From NCBI GenBank assembly GCA_014239655.1, contig JAAZYM010000057.1, positions 6,003 through 70,002 on the forward strand: a DNA stretch of 64,000 bases, given 5' to 3'. The position numbers and the translations under genes are program-made. A model generated the notes under the pieces. That model ran no database searches. It saw only the letters and a program-made list of their open reading frames with translations, and was not told the DNA's origin. Below are positions 49,801 through 57,559 of this stretch, piece by piece. How positions within the stretch are numbered: the first letter of the stretch is position 1; each line of letters begins with the position of its first letter. This DNA is from Flavobacteriales bacterium. GTDB lineage: Bacteria > Bacteroidota > Bacteroidia > Flavobacteriales > BACL11.

Positions 49801-50224
49801 TAATGAGCAAAATCCTTCATATACATATCCGGAAGAGGTTTCTCAATACCAAATATTATTAACCGTAAGCAATATCTTTGGTTGTGAGGACTCTATTTAC
49901 AAAATTATTAGCATCACAGATGAGCACTGGATATATATTCCTAATTCATTTACTCCTAATTCTGATGAAATCAACGACCTTTTCTATATTAGTTATCATG
50001 GTATTCGAGAAGAAACATTCAAAATCAACATCTATAATAGGTTGAACGAATTGGTCTATTCAACAAAAAACATTTCTGATCTTTCTAAAGAAAATGGCTG
50101 GGACGGAACACATCAAAACACTAACAAAAACCTTCCTTCCGGAACATATATTTATGAGCTTTCTTACCAAGACTTAGACGGTTGGAAAAAATTCAAAACA
50201 GATAAAATCAACTTAATACGCTAA
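46898..50224 (+). CDS. secreted multidomain CotH kinase-fold protein (LTD + CHB_HEX_C-like + CotH + PKD + T9SS type B sorting domain)
   Basis: The signal peptide ends LFS|Q. Has a lamin-tail-like segment (VVINEYS...DWVELYNSTNSDIDLNGWFLSD), IYYTTDGSKPD, a central CotH-like region, PKD-like WDFGDE and a C-terminal IPNSFTPNSDEINDLF...INLIR type B domain. Confidence 0.8.
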   Translation: MLRKRFLTFIFLCVNTFLFSQVVINEYSASNFDSHQDNYGEYEDWVELYNSTNSDIDLNGWFLSDKASDPTKWQFPSSYIITANSVAIIYCSGNDEIVGGVAHTNFKITQTKGGEVFCLSDASASMIDSITVSPAQKSHSRGRNLNGGSIWGVYPIPTPNANNTAAMLEYADPPVFSQTSGYYSAPFDLSLSSPVPLALIYYTTDGSKPDNTSNLYSSPINIASTTVIKAVAYSTNGAVPPSFIEYNTFFINDTHTVPILSVSGDSVAVLIEDGIRNIGGWWSGTPHEPQGTIEWFDKNGVLIDKGSGEFNKHGNDSWAYDQRGFDYVMRDQFGYNYALQDKLFETKSRDKFQRVIVKAAANDNYPFSYSNSGAHIRDAYVHHLSQLADLRLDERSTSSCILYLNGEYWGVYEMREKVDDHDFTDYYYDQDKNNLQYLKTWGNTWVEYGGAQAQTDWDNLKNYITTNPMSSQANYLTVKGQYNTGSIIDYFLLNSYVVCADWLNWNTAWWRGLDTNGEKKKWRYTLWDMDNTFDHGTNYTGVPTMSVTADPCDPSSLSDPGGQGHVPIWNELLNNEDFFDDYLNRWQDLANGYLSCDTMISILDSMINVIDPEMPRQIAKWGGTYTEWQSNVQDLRDFITARCSIMNIGFGPCYPALSGPHNVTVEILGVGEVEMSNGNIINQLNTGWTDQRYGGVNLPFEVKSGTFQNWEIIPSGVYTYDPLVDTLILDLQGDVTVIANFIPPPPPIETRDITYRIDPAGTVSDIVVNGVALGSFPTTINYTLGDTVVISPNIDPLYGFSNWTSDSVTLMPQNNNQIDSFYVNHHDNITLNLYLLPTITAFISGNDTLCSNKEGAASVNVSFTGISPYTFNYSINGVEQGETTTTNNPYIINTTTPGIYSLLSFSDAVEEGNLSGQAIVTILDAPVADFQPTPDEASILFTTITMIDKSSLNVTNWQWDFGDEAGFSNEQNPSYTYPEEVSQYQILLTVSNIFGCEDSIYKIISITDEHWIYIPNSFTPNSDEINDLFYISYHGIREETFKINIYNRLNELVYSTKNISDLSKENGWDGTHQNTNKNLPSGTYIYELSYQDLDGWKKFKTDKINLIR

Positions 50225-50231
50225 TTCATTT

Positions 50232-52034
50232 ATGATTCTTCAGTTAAATATGATCTTTCGGGGTATTGTACTAGCTATATTTTTTCTCTTATTCTTTTCT
50301 TGGTCACCAATAGCACAAAATATTTATAACCCTCAACTGCTTTATGATAGCCCCAGCGGTTTATATGAAAAAGATTCTTTGCGAAACATTTATATAAATT
50401 TCCATGACCCCAATTATCATTCTATTTTACAGGGCTCTTTTTTTACAAATCCCTCTTATAGAATTCCTGCCAGCATAACAATTAATGATGTTACACTTGA
50501 TAGTGCCGGTGTAAGATATAAAGGAAACTCTACTTTTTGTATTCCTAATGACGCTGGGGTTCCAAAGGTTCCATATAATATAGACATGAACTACTGGGTT
50601 TCTGGACAAAAGCTATTAGGATATAAAAAAATAAAACTAGCAAACGCATGGATGGACGCGACATTTTTAAAAGAATATACGGCCTCAAAAATCTACAAAA
50701 AATATCTTCCTTCTCCGGAGGTTAATTTGGTCAAGCTACATGTTCAGGGTAATTACTTAGGGTTATATGTAAACACCGAATCTGTTAACAAGCAGTTTGC
50801 AAAAAAACATTTTGACGAAGATGATGGTGTGCTTTTTAAATGTGATGGAAGCGGAATGTTTTGTGACACAACAGGTACTCCTCCTGGTGGAGAACCAAGT
50901 CTAAATTGGTATGGTACCCCTGACAGCACAGCTTATTTTTCCAGCTATAATATGAAGTCTGATTATGGTTGGGGAGAACTTATAGATCTAATATATGTTT
51001 TAAACCATAATCCTAATCAATTAGACTCTGTGCTAAATATAGATCGGGTTCTATGGGCTTTTGCTGTAAATACAGTTATAGGCAACTTTGACACATATAA
51101 TGGTTATTATGTACACAACTATTATTTCTATCAAACAGAAGACGGCTTGTTTCAAATGATCCCATGGGATCTCAGCCAAAGCTTTATAAATGCTCTTCTT
51201 GGTTGGGATGTTTTTACTCCATTTGGCCCTAATCACCCAACACAATTTGACCCTTATTATGGTGATGATCCAAGTCTTTTTAGACCGCTTACATATTATC
51301 TTTTTAATAACCCTAATTACAGAAAACAATATACTGCTCATTTACGAACAGTCATTAATGAAATTGACACTAATCAAATTAGAACTGATATTTTAAATAT
51401 GCAAAACATGGCCTATACCGCTGTTGATAGCGACCCTCATAAATTATTTTCCATATCAGATTATATCAATAATGTTGAACAAGATCTTTCTTTTCCTAAT
51501 TGGGGGGGATACGGTTTTGGAGGGATAATGTCTACATTAAGACACCGAATTCCTTATCTACAATCTAACACTGAAATTGCACATACGCCCCCAAACATAT
51601 ATGGGGTTAATATTTCAGGCAACATTATTACGGCCAATATTAACAACGAAACATCTGTGGAGCTTATGGCAACAACAAATGACTTTAGCTCTAAATTCGC
51701 GTTATTCAATATGTATGATGACGGAACTAATGGGGATTTGCAGGCTAATGATGGGGTTTTCACATGCTACATTCCTTATCCTTCAGCATTAAAAACAAAA
51801 TTCTATGTAAAGGCTAAAAACTCACATTCCATGATGCTCTCTCCTGAAAGGGCCGAATATGAATTTTATGAATATTCTACTGTTTCCGGAACCCTTAACT
51901 ACCCCCAAAACAATAACAAGGAAATACTCTCTATTACGGATCTACTTGGTAGAAAATCTAATTTTAATTATAACACCCCTCTATTATTCATATATACTGA
52001 TGGTAGTGTAGAAAAGAAATTTATTGTAAAATAA
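50232..52034 (+). CDS. secreted CotH kinase-fold protein with T9SS type A sorting domain
   Basis: The signal peptide ends PIA|Q. Has CotH-like GVRYKGNSTF, KKIKLANAWMDATFLKEY and GNYLGLYVNTESV. The C-terminal roughly 70 aa end in TDLLGRK...FIVK, like Por/T9SS type A tails. An alternative start at 50250 is possible. Confidence 0.8.
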   Translation: MILQLNMIFRGIVLAIFFLLFFSWSPIAQNIYNPQLLYDSPSGLYEKDSLRNIYINFHDPNYHSILQGSFFTNPSYRIPASITINDVTLDSAGVRYKGNSTFCIPNDAGVPKVPYNIDMNYWVSGQKLLGYKKIKLANAWMDATFLKEYTASKIYKKYLPSPEVNLVKLHVQGNYLGLYVNTESVNKQFAKKHFDEDDGVLFKCDGSGMFCDTTGTPPGGEPSLNWYGTPDSTAYFSSYNMKSDYGWGELIDLIYVLNHNPNQLDSVLNIDRVLWAFAVNTVIGNFDTYNGYYVHNYYFYQTEDGLFQMIPWDLSQSFINALLGWDVFTPFGPNHPTQFDPYYGDDPSLFRPLTYYLFNNPNYRKQYTAHLRTVINEIDTNQIRTDILNMQNMAYTAVDSDPHKLFSISDYINNVEQDLSFPNWGGYGFGGIMSTLRHRIPYLQSNTEIAHTPPNIYGVNISGNIITANINNETSVELMATTNDFSSKFALFNMYDDGTNGDLQANDGVFTCYIPYPSALKTKFYVKAKNSHSMMLSPERAEYEFYEYSTVSGTLNYPQNNNKEILSITDLLGRKSNFNYNTPLLFIYTDGSVEKKFIVK

Positions 52035-52040
52035 AATAGA

Positions 52041-52070
52041 TTTGCTTTGATTGGTTATCTAAAAAGCAAA
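52041..52070 (+). terminator. possible weak terminator hairpin after the CotH pair
   Basis: TTTGCTTT ... AAAGCAAA forms an 8-bp A/T-rich stem with a 14-nt loop containing a further GAT/ATC pair. It starts 7 nt after the stop at 52034. Confidence 0.3.
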
Positions 52071-52073
52071 AGT

Positions 52074-52081
52074 TATATTTG
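52074..52081 (+). promoter_or_regulatory. -7 promoter box (TAnnTTTG) for ileS
   Basis: TATATTTG, 24 nt upstream of the ATG at 52106. It overlaps the TTG that the ORF track uses as the start (52079). Confidence 0.45.
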
Positions 52082-52105
52082 CACGGATTAGCTAGTAGTA
52101 AACGC

Positions 52106-55100
52106 ATGAATAATTATAAAGAATATCCTGGGCTAGACCTTTCATCTATAAATAAAGATATCTTACGTTTATGGAAAAAAAACTCTACATTCAAAAAAAG
52201 CCTTGAAAACAGAAATCAAGACAAGAATTTTGTTTTTTACGAGGGTCCGCCATCAGCAAATGGCATGCCTGGTATTCATCATGTTATTGCTAGAACCATT
52301 AAGGATTTGTTTTGCAGATACAAAACACTAAAAGGGTTTAAGGTTAACAGAAAAGCTGGATGGGATACTCATGGGCTCCCTGTTGAATTAGGTGTTGAAA
52401 AAGAGCTTGGTATCACCAAAGAAGATATTGGAAAAAAAATATCTGTTGAGGATTACAATAAAGCGTGTCGCATTAATGTAATGAAATACCAAAAAACCTG
52501 GGAAAAAATAACTAATGAAATGGGTTATTGGGTTGACATGAATAATCCCTATTTAACATATGACAATAAATATATTGAAAGTGTTTGGTGGCTACTTAAA
52601 GAGCTACATAAAAAGGGCCTTTTATATAAAGGACATACAGTACAGCCTTTCTCCCCAAAAGCGGGTACCGGACTAAGCACCCATGAACTAAATCAACCAG
52701 GCTGTTATAGAAATATTAAAGACACTTCTGCTGTTGCTCAATTTAAAATTATTAACGACCTTACAAGCTCGTTTTTATTTTTAAAAACCAACCATCCTAT
52801 TTTTTTTATTGCATGGACAACAACGCCATGGACGCTTCCTTCAAATACTGCTCTTGCTGTTGGAGAAAAAATTAAATATCTTCTTGTAGAAACAGTAAAT
52901 CAATATACCGGAGAAGTTATTGCAATAATTCTTGCAAAAGAATTATTGCTCAAATTTTTTAATAAAGAGAAGGAAAATTCAAGCTTAGATAGTTTTACTA
53001 TAGGAACAAAAGAATTGCCTTTTGTTATTTTAGATGAATTTGATGGTTCTTCTCTTGTAAATATTACATATGACCAGCTACTTAAGTATGCTGTGCCTGA
53101 AGATGGAGATGCGTTTAAAGTTCTTAGTGGAGACTTTGTAACTACTGAAAATGGAACTGGAATAGTTCATTTAGCGCCTAGCTTTGGGGCAGATGACAAT
53201 AGAGTTGCAAAACAAAACAATATTGGCTCATTAACGCTGGTTGATGAGCAAGGTAGATTTACAAAAGAGGTTAGAGATTTTTGTGGGCAATATGTAAAAG
53301 AGGGGTACTATGATGAAAATGAAAAAAAACCAAAATTACCTGTTGATGTACAAATAGTTATAAAGCTTAAAGAAAAAGGCTTGTTGTTCAAGTCAGAAAA
53401 ATATGAGCACAGTTATCCACATTGTTGGAGAACAGATAAGCCTATATTGTACTATCCTCTTGACAGTTGGTTCGTTAAAACCACCGAACATAGAAAAAGA
53501 ATGCTAGAGCTAAACAAAACCATTAACTGGAAGCCTTCTTCAACAGGAGAAGGACGGTTTGGTAATTGGCTAGAAAATTTAGTAGATTGGAATTTATCTC
53601 GATCTCGCTTTTGGGGTATTCCACTCCCAATATGGAGAACAGAAGATGGAGAAGAAGAAATTTGTATCGGCTCAATAAAAGAACTTAAAGACGAGATTGA
53701 AAAATCAATTAAGGCTGGTTATATGAAGGGCAATCCTCTTAAACATTTTAATCCTGATGATTTTTCTAAAACCAACTATACTCTCTTTGATCTACATAAA
53801 CCTTATGTAGATGATCTTGTGCTTGTTTCTTCTTCAGGAATGATTATGAGGCGGGAATTAGACCTAATTGATGTGTGGTTTGATTCTGGATCAATGCCAT
53901 ATGCGCAACTTCATTATCCTTTTGAAAACAAATCATTATTTAAAAAGAATTTTCCTGCCGACTTTATTGCTGAAGGGGTAGACCAAACAAGAGGGTGGTT
54001 TTTTACCCTACATGCTATATCTACTTTGTTATTTGACTCTGTAGCATATAAAAATGTTGTCTCCAATGGATTGGTCTTAGACAAAGAGGGAAATAAAATG
54101 TCTAAACGTCTTGGGAATGCGGTAGACCCTTTTGAAACACTTGATAAGCATGGGGCAGACGCTGCTAGATGGTACATGATCTCAAACTCTCAACCATGGG
54201 ACAATTTAAAGTTTGATGAAGAGGGTATTCTTGAGGTAAGGAGAAAGTTTTTTGGCACACTATATAATGCTTATTCTTTTTTTGCTCTTTATGCGAATAT
54301 CGACAATTATAGCTATGTTAAAGGAGAGTGCCTCGTAGAACAAAGAGACAAAACAGACAAATGGATTATATCTGAACTAAACTCGCTTATAAAAGAGGTT
54401 GGTATAAATTATGAAAGCTATGAGCCTACAAAAACTTCTAGGTTAATACAAGACTTTGTGGTTAACAAATTAAGCAACTGGTATATTCGACTAAATAGAA
54501 GAAGATTTTGGAAAGGAGAATACAATACTGATAAAAAAAATGCCTATAGCACATTATTTGAGTGTTTAAATACGATTGCTATTATATCGTGTCCAATCGC
54601 TCCTTTTTACATGGACAATCTTTATCAAGACTTACATAAAAATAGCGGCTCTGTTCATTTAAGTGATTTCCCTTTATCTAAATCTGATTACATAAACAAA
54701 GAACTGGAAAGTCAAATGCAATTGGCACAAAAAATATCCTCGTCTATTCTTTCTTTAAGAAAAAAAGAAAAAATCCGGGTCAGACAGCCACTAAGAACCG
54801 CTCTTATTGCTACTTCGAGTAAAAAAATAAAAAGGAGTATTGTTGAAACACAAAATATTATTCTTAATGAAACCAATTTGAAAAAACTAGAATTCGTAGA
54901 TGAAGACTCTAATCTGCTTTCAAAAAGAGCAAAACCCAACTTTAAGACTCTTGGTCCTAAATATGGGAATAGAGTTAATGAGGTTTGTACGCAAATAAAA
55001 GAATTAAGCCCCCAACAAATAAAAGTTTTAGAGCAAAAAGAAAAAATATTGCTCAATACTGGAGATATAATCTTATTTGAAGATGTAGATGTTGTTTCAG

Positions 55101-55438
55101 AAGAAATTACTGGTTATTCAGTATCTATTAATGATAGTTTTAGCGTCGCTCTTGATGTTAGTCTCTCTGAGAAACTTAAAGAGGAGGGGCTTGCTAGAGA
55201 ATTTGTAAATAGAATCCAATCCCTACGAAAAGAGAAAGGTTTCTTGGTTACAGACAAAATCTGCCTTAGTCTTGAAAAAAACGACAAACTAGAGCTAGCG
55301 ATTAATAATAATTTGGAGTATATTTGTAATGAAACACTGACCGATGAGCTTCATTTTTCATCACAAACTATTAATGGTAATGATGAGATAACGCTGGTTG
55401 ACAATGTCATCTGTAATGTTTTAATTTATAAGAAATAA
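52106..55438 (+). CDS. ileS: isoleucine--tRNA ligase (type 2, eukaryote-like)
   Basis: Has the HIGH-type PGIHHVIAR and KMSKR motifs and an editing-domain insertion (TTTPWTLPSN). The length of about 1110 aa and the C-terminal extension fit the type 2 form. Confidence 0.95.
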   Translation: MNNYKEYPGLDLSSINKDILRLWKKNSTFKKSLENRNQDKNFVFYEGPPSANGMPGIHHVIARTIKDLFCRYKTLKGFKVNRKAGWDTHGLPVELGVEKELGITKEDIGKKISVEDYNKACRINVMKYQKTWEKITNEMGYWVDMNNPYLTYDNKYIESVWWLLKELHKKGLLYKGHTVQPFSPKAGTGLSTHELNQPGCYRNIKDTSAVAQFKIINDLTSSFLFLKTNHPIFFIAWTTTPWTLPSNTALAVGEKIKYLLVETVNQYTGEVIAIILAKELLLKFFNKEKENSSLDSFTIGTKELPFVILDEFDGSSLVNITYDQLLKYAVPEDGDAFKVLSGDFVTTENGTGIVHLAPSFGADDNRVAKQNNIGSLTLVDEQGRFTKEVRDFCGQYVKEGYYDENEKKPKLPVDVQIVIKLKEKGLLFKSEKYEHSYPHCWRTDKPILYYPLDSWFVKTTEHRKRMLELNKTINWKPSSTGEGRFGNWLENLVDWNLSRSRFWGIPLPIWRTEDGEEEICIGSIKELKDEIEKSIKAGYMKGNPLKHFNPDDFSKTNYTLFDLHKPYVDDLVLVSSSGMIMRRELDLIDVWFDSGSMPYAQLHYPFENKSLFKKNFPADFIAEGVDQTRGWFFTLHAISTLLFDSVAYKNVVSNGLVLDKEGNKMSKRLGNAVDPFETLDKHGADAARWYMISNSQPWDNLKFDEEGILEVRRKFFGTLYNAYSFFALYANIDNYSYVKGECLVEQRDKTDKWIISELNSLIKEVGINYESYEPTKTSRLIQDFVVNKLSNWYIRLNRRRFWKGEYNTDKKNAYSTLFECLNTIAIISCPIAPFYMDNLYQDLHKNSGSVHLSDFPLSKSDYINKELESQMQLAQKISSSILSLRKKEKIRVRQPLRTALIATSSKKIKRSIVETQNIILNETNLKKLEFVDEDSNLLSKRAKPNFKTLGPKYGNRVNEVCTQIKELSPQQIKVLEQKEKILLNTGDIILFEDVDVVSEEITGYSVSINDSFSVALDVSLSEKLKEEGLAREFVNRIQSLRKEKGFLVTDKICLSLEKNDKLELAINNNLEYICNETLTDELHFSSQTINGNDEITLVDNVICNVLIYKK

Positions 55439-55439
55439 T

Positions 55440-55814
55440 ATGAAAGAAAAAACAACATATACTAAAACAGAATTAAAAGAATTCAAAAGGCTTATTTTAA
55501 AAAAAATAGAAAGCGCAGAAGAGGACCTGACAATCTTAAGAGCTTCTTGTGCTAATGATGCTGACAACGGAACAGAAGATACATCACCCACTTTTAAAGC
55601 ATTTGAGGAGGGGTCAACCACTCTATCTAAAGAAGAAAACACTAAGCTTGCCGAAAGACAAGCAAAATTTATTATAAGTCTTAAAAATGCTCTCATTAGA
55701 ATTGAAAATCATTCATATGGCGTTTGTCGTGTTACTGGAAAACTAATTTCAAAAGAACGTCTTACCCTGGTTCCTCATGCAACCCTAAGCATTGAGGCAA
55801 AAAAAGCTCAGTAA
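55440..55814 (+). CDS. TraR/DksA family protein with degenerate zinc finger
   Basis: 124 aa. Has a coiled-coil N-terminal part and a C-terminal YGVCRVTGKLISKERLTLVPHATLSIEAK, in which only one of the four canonical Cys residues is present. Confidence 0.8.
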   Translation: MKEKTTYTKTELKEFKRLILKKIESAEEDLTILRASCANDADNGTEDTSPTFKAFEEGSTTLSKEENTKLAERQAKFIISLKNALIRIENHSYGVCRVTGKLISKERLTLVPHATLSIEAKKAQ

Positions 55815-55819
55815 ATAAC

Positions 55820-56407
55820 TTGAGAAAAGTAATTATCACCTCATTAATACTTGTTCTTTTTGATCAAGCGTTAAAAATCTGGATAAAGACAAATATGTTT
55901 CTTGGTCAGGAATTTAAAATTTTTGATTGGTTTATAATTCACTTTACAGAAAACAATGGAATGGCTTTTGGTCTTGAATTTGGTGGCGATACTGGAAAGA
56001 TAATCTTAAGCTTATTTAGAATTGTCGTAGTTATCTGGGGGATTGCTTATGTCGATCACTTAACAAAAAAACATCTTCCGAATGGAGCTCTTTTGTCATT
56101 AGGGTTTGTAATTGGTGGGGCTGTTGGAAATATAATTGACGGAGTATTTTATGGAACTATCTTCAGTGATAGCTATAACAGGATTGCCGAGCTATTTCCA
56201 GCAACCGGAGGTTATGAGGCTTTATTAAAAGGCAAGGTTGTTGACATGTTTTATTTTCCTTTAATTAACACTCATTTACCGGAATGGCTTCCTTTATTTG
56301 CAAGCAAACATGTCATCTTTTTTAGACCTGTATTTAATCTTGCAGATGCCGGCATATCTGTCGGAATGTTTTTGTTAATTGTCTTTTACAGAAAGTCTTT
56401 TAGTTAG
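55820..56407 (+). CDS. lspA: lipoprotein signal peptidase (signal peptidase II)
   Basis: 195 aa with a TTG start. Has NNGMAFG, VVDMFYF and FNLADAGISVG motifs. Confidence 0.9.
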   Translation: MRKVIITSLILVLFDQALKIWIKTNMFLGQEFKIFDWFIIHFTENNGMAFGLEFGGDTGKIILSLFRIVVVIWGIAYVDHLTKKHLPNGALLSLGFVIGGAVGNIIDGVFYGTIFSDSYNRIAELFPATGGYEALLKGKVVDMFYFPLINTHLPEWLPLFASKHVIFFRPVFNLADAGISVGMFLLIVFYRKSFS

Positions 56408-56503
56408 TTTATATTCATAAAAAGCTACAACCGTTATTAACATCTCAAAATACAAATTAATTATCCCAAAAATAAAAGTGTTTCTGATTAAAGAAATCCC
56501 CGC

Positions 56504-57490
56504 TTAGATTAATTTATTATTAATCATGTATTCTGCTATTTGAACTGTATTTGTTGCGGCTCCTTTTCTTAGATTATCTGCTGCCACCCACATGTTTAAC
56601 GATTTCTCTTCTGAAAAATCTCTTCGTATTCTACCAACATAAACATCGTCACTTCCACTAACATTAATTGGCATTGGGTACTCATTCTTTTCAATATTAT
56701 CAAAAACAACTACTCCTTCTGAATTATTAAGAATATTTACTATCTCTTTTGTCTCAAAATCCTCTGAAAGCCTTAAATTAACACTCTCGCAATGTCCTCT
56801 CTCTACGGGAACCCGAACTGTAGTTGCAGTAATCAAAATATCTTTATCTAATATTTTATGTGTTTCATTAACAATTTTCATTTCTTCTTTGGTATACCTG
56901 TTTTCTTCAAAATCATCAATGTGCGGTAGGATATTTCGATAAATTGGGTGAGGATACGCGCGCGCTCCAGCAACTTCTTGTTCTTCATTATTTAATTGAT
57001 CTAGCGCTTTTTTACCCGTTCCTGTTACTGCCTGATATGTTGACACAACAATCCTTTTAATCTTATATTTATAATGAATTGGCGCAATTGCAAGAAGCAG
57101 CTGTATAGTAGAGCAGTTAGGATTAGCAACTATCATGTCTTCCTGTTTTAGTTGATTGCCGTTTATTTCTGGGATAATTAATTTGTGTTTTGAGCACATC
57201 CTCCAATATGAAGAATTGTCTATAACCTTGCAGCCTTGCTCTGCTAATTTTGGGGCCCATTTTTTTGAAACCTCTGAGCCCGCTGAAAATAATGCGAGAT
57301 CTGGCTTTAAAACTAACATCTCTTCCAGGCTAGAAATTAAAACTGTTTTATTGTTTATGCTTTTTTTAATGCCAACAGATTTTTTTGAGGCAACTAAAAT
57401 TAGCTCAGAGTAAACAAAATTTCTTTCTTGTAAAACCGCTAGTATTTCACATCCTACCATTCCTGTGGCGCCAACAATTGCTAATTTCAT
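56504..57490 (-). CDS. asd: aspartate-semialdehyde dehydrogenase
   Basis: Starts at MKLAIVGATGMVG. Has the active-site NPNCSTIQ and a C-terminal DNLRKGAA. The -7 box at 57509-57516 overlaps the longer ORF-track start (TTG at 57511). Confidence 0.9.
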   Translation of the reverse strand: MKLAIVGATGMVGCEILAVLQERNFVYSELILVASKKSVGIKKSINNKTVLISSLEEMLVLKPDLALFSAGSEVSKKWAPKLAEQGCKVIDNSSYWRMCSKHKLIIPEINGNQLKQEDMIVANPNCSTIQLLLAIAPIHYKYKIKRIVVSTYQAVTGTGKKALDQLNNEEQEVAGARAYPHPIYRNILPHIDDFEENRYTKEEMKIVNETHKILDKDILITATTVRVPVERGHCESVNLRLSEDFETKEIVNILNNSEGVVVFDNIEKNEYPMPINVSGSDDVYVGRIRRDFSEEKSLNMWVAADNLRKGAATNTVQIAEYMINNKLI

Positions 57491-57508
57491 ATTCAATATA
57501 TTACTCTT

Positions 57509-57516
57509 CAAAAGTA
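57509..57516 (-). promoter_or_regulatory. -7 promoter box (TAnnTTTG) for asd
   Basis: The minus strand reads TACTTTTG, 18 nt upstream of the ATG at 57490. Confidence 0.45.
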
Positions 57517-57559
57517 CTATATTTACAAATTATAGAGCATCCTTGAAAAAGTTTTTAAA

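Noticed and set aside
51051-51792. Several 68-96-aa ORFs on both strands inside the second CotH gene
   Set aside because: All are nested in or antisense to the 600-aa CotH-like reading frame, which has clear domain signatures end to end.
54712-55056. 114-aa minus-strand ORF inside ileS (plus 53914-54177)
   Set aside because: It is antisense to ileS, so it is a shadow ORF.
52106-55438. Eukaryote-like type 2 IleRS considered as a horizontally acquired or mupirocin-resistance determinant
   Set aside because: To my knowledge, type 2 IleRS is the normal chromosomal form in Bacteroidota. It sits in the conserved ileS-lspA context with native-looking promoter and composition.
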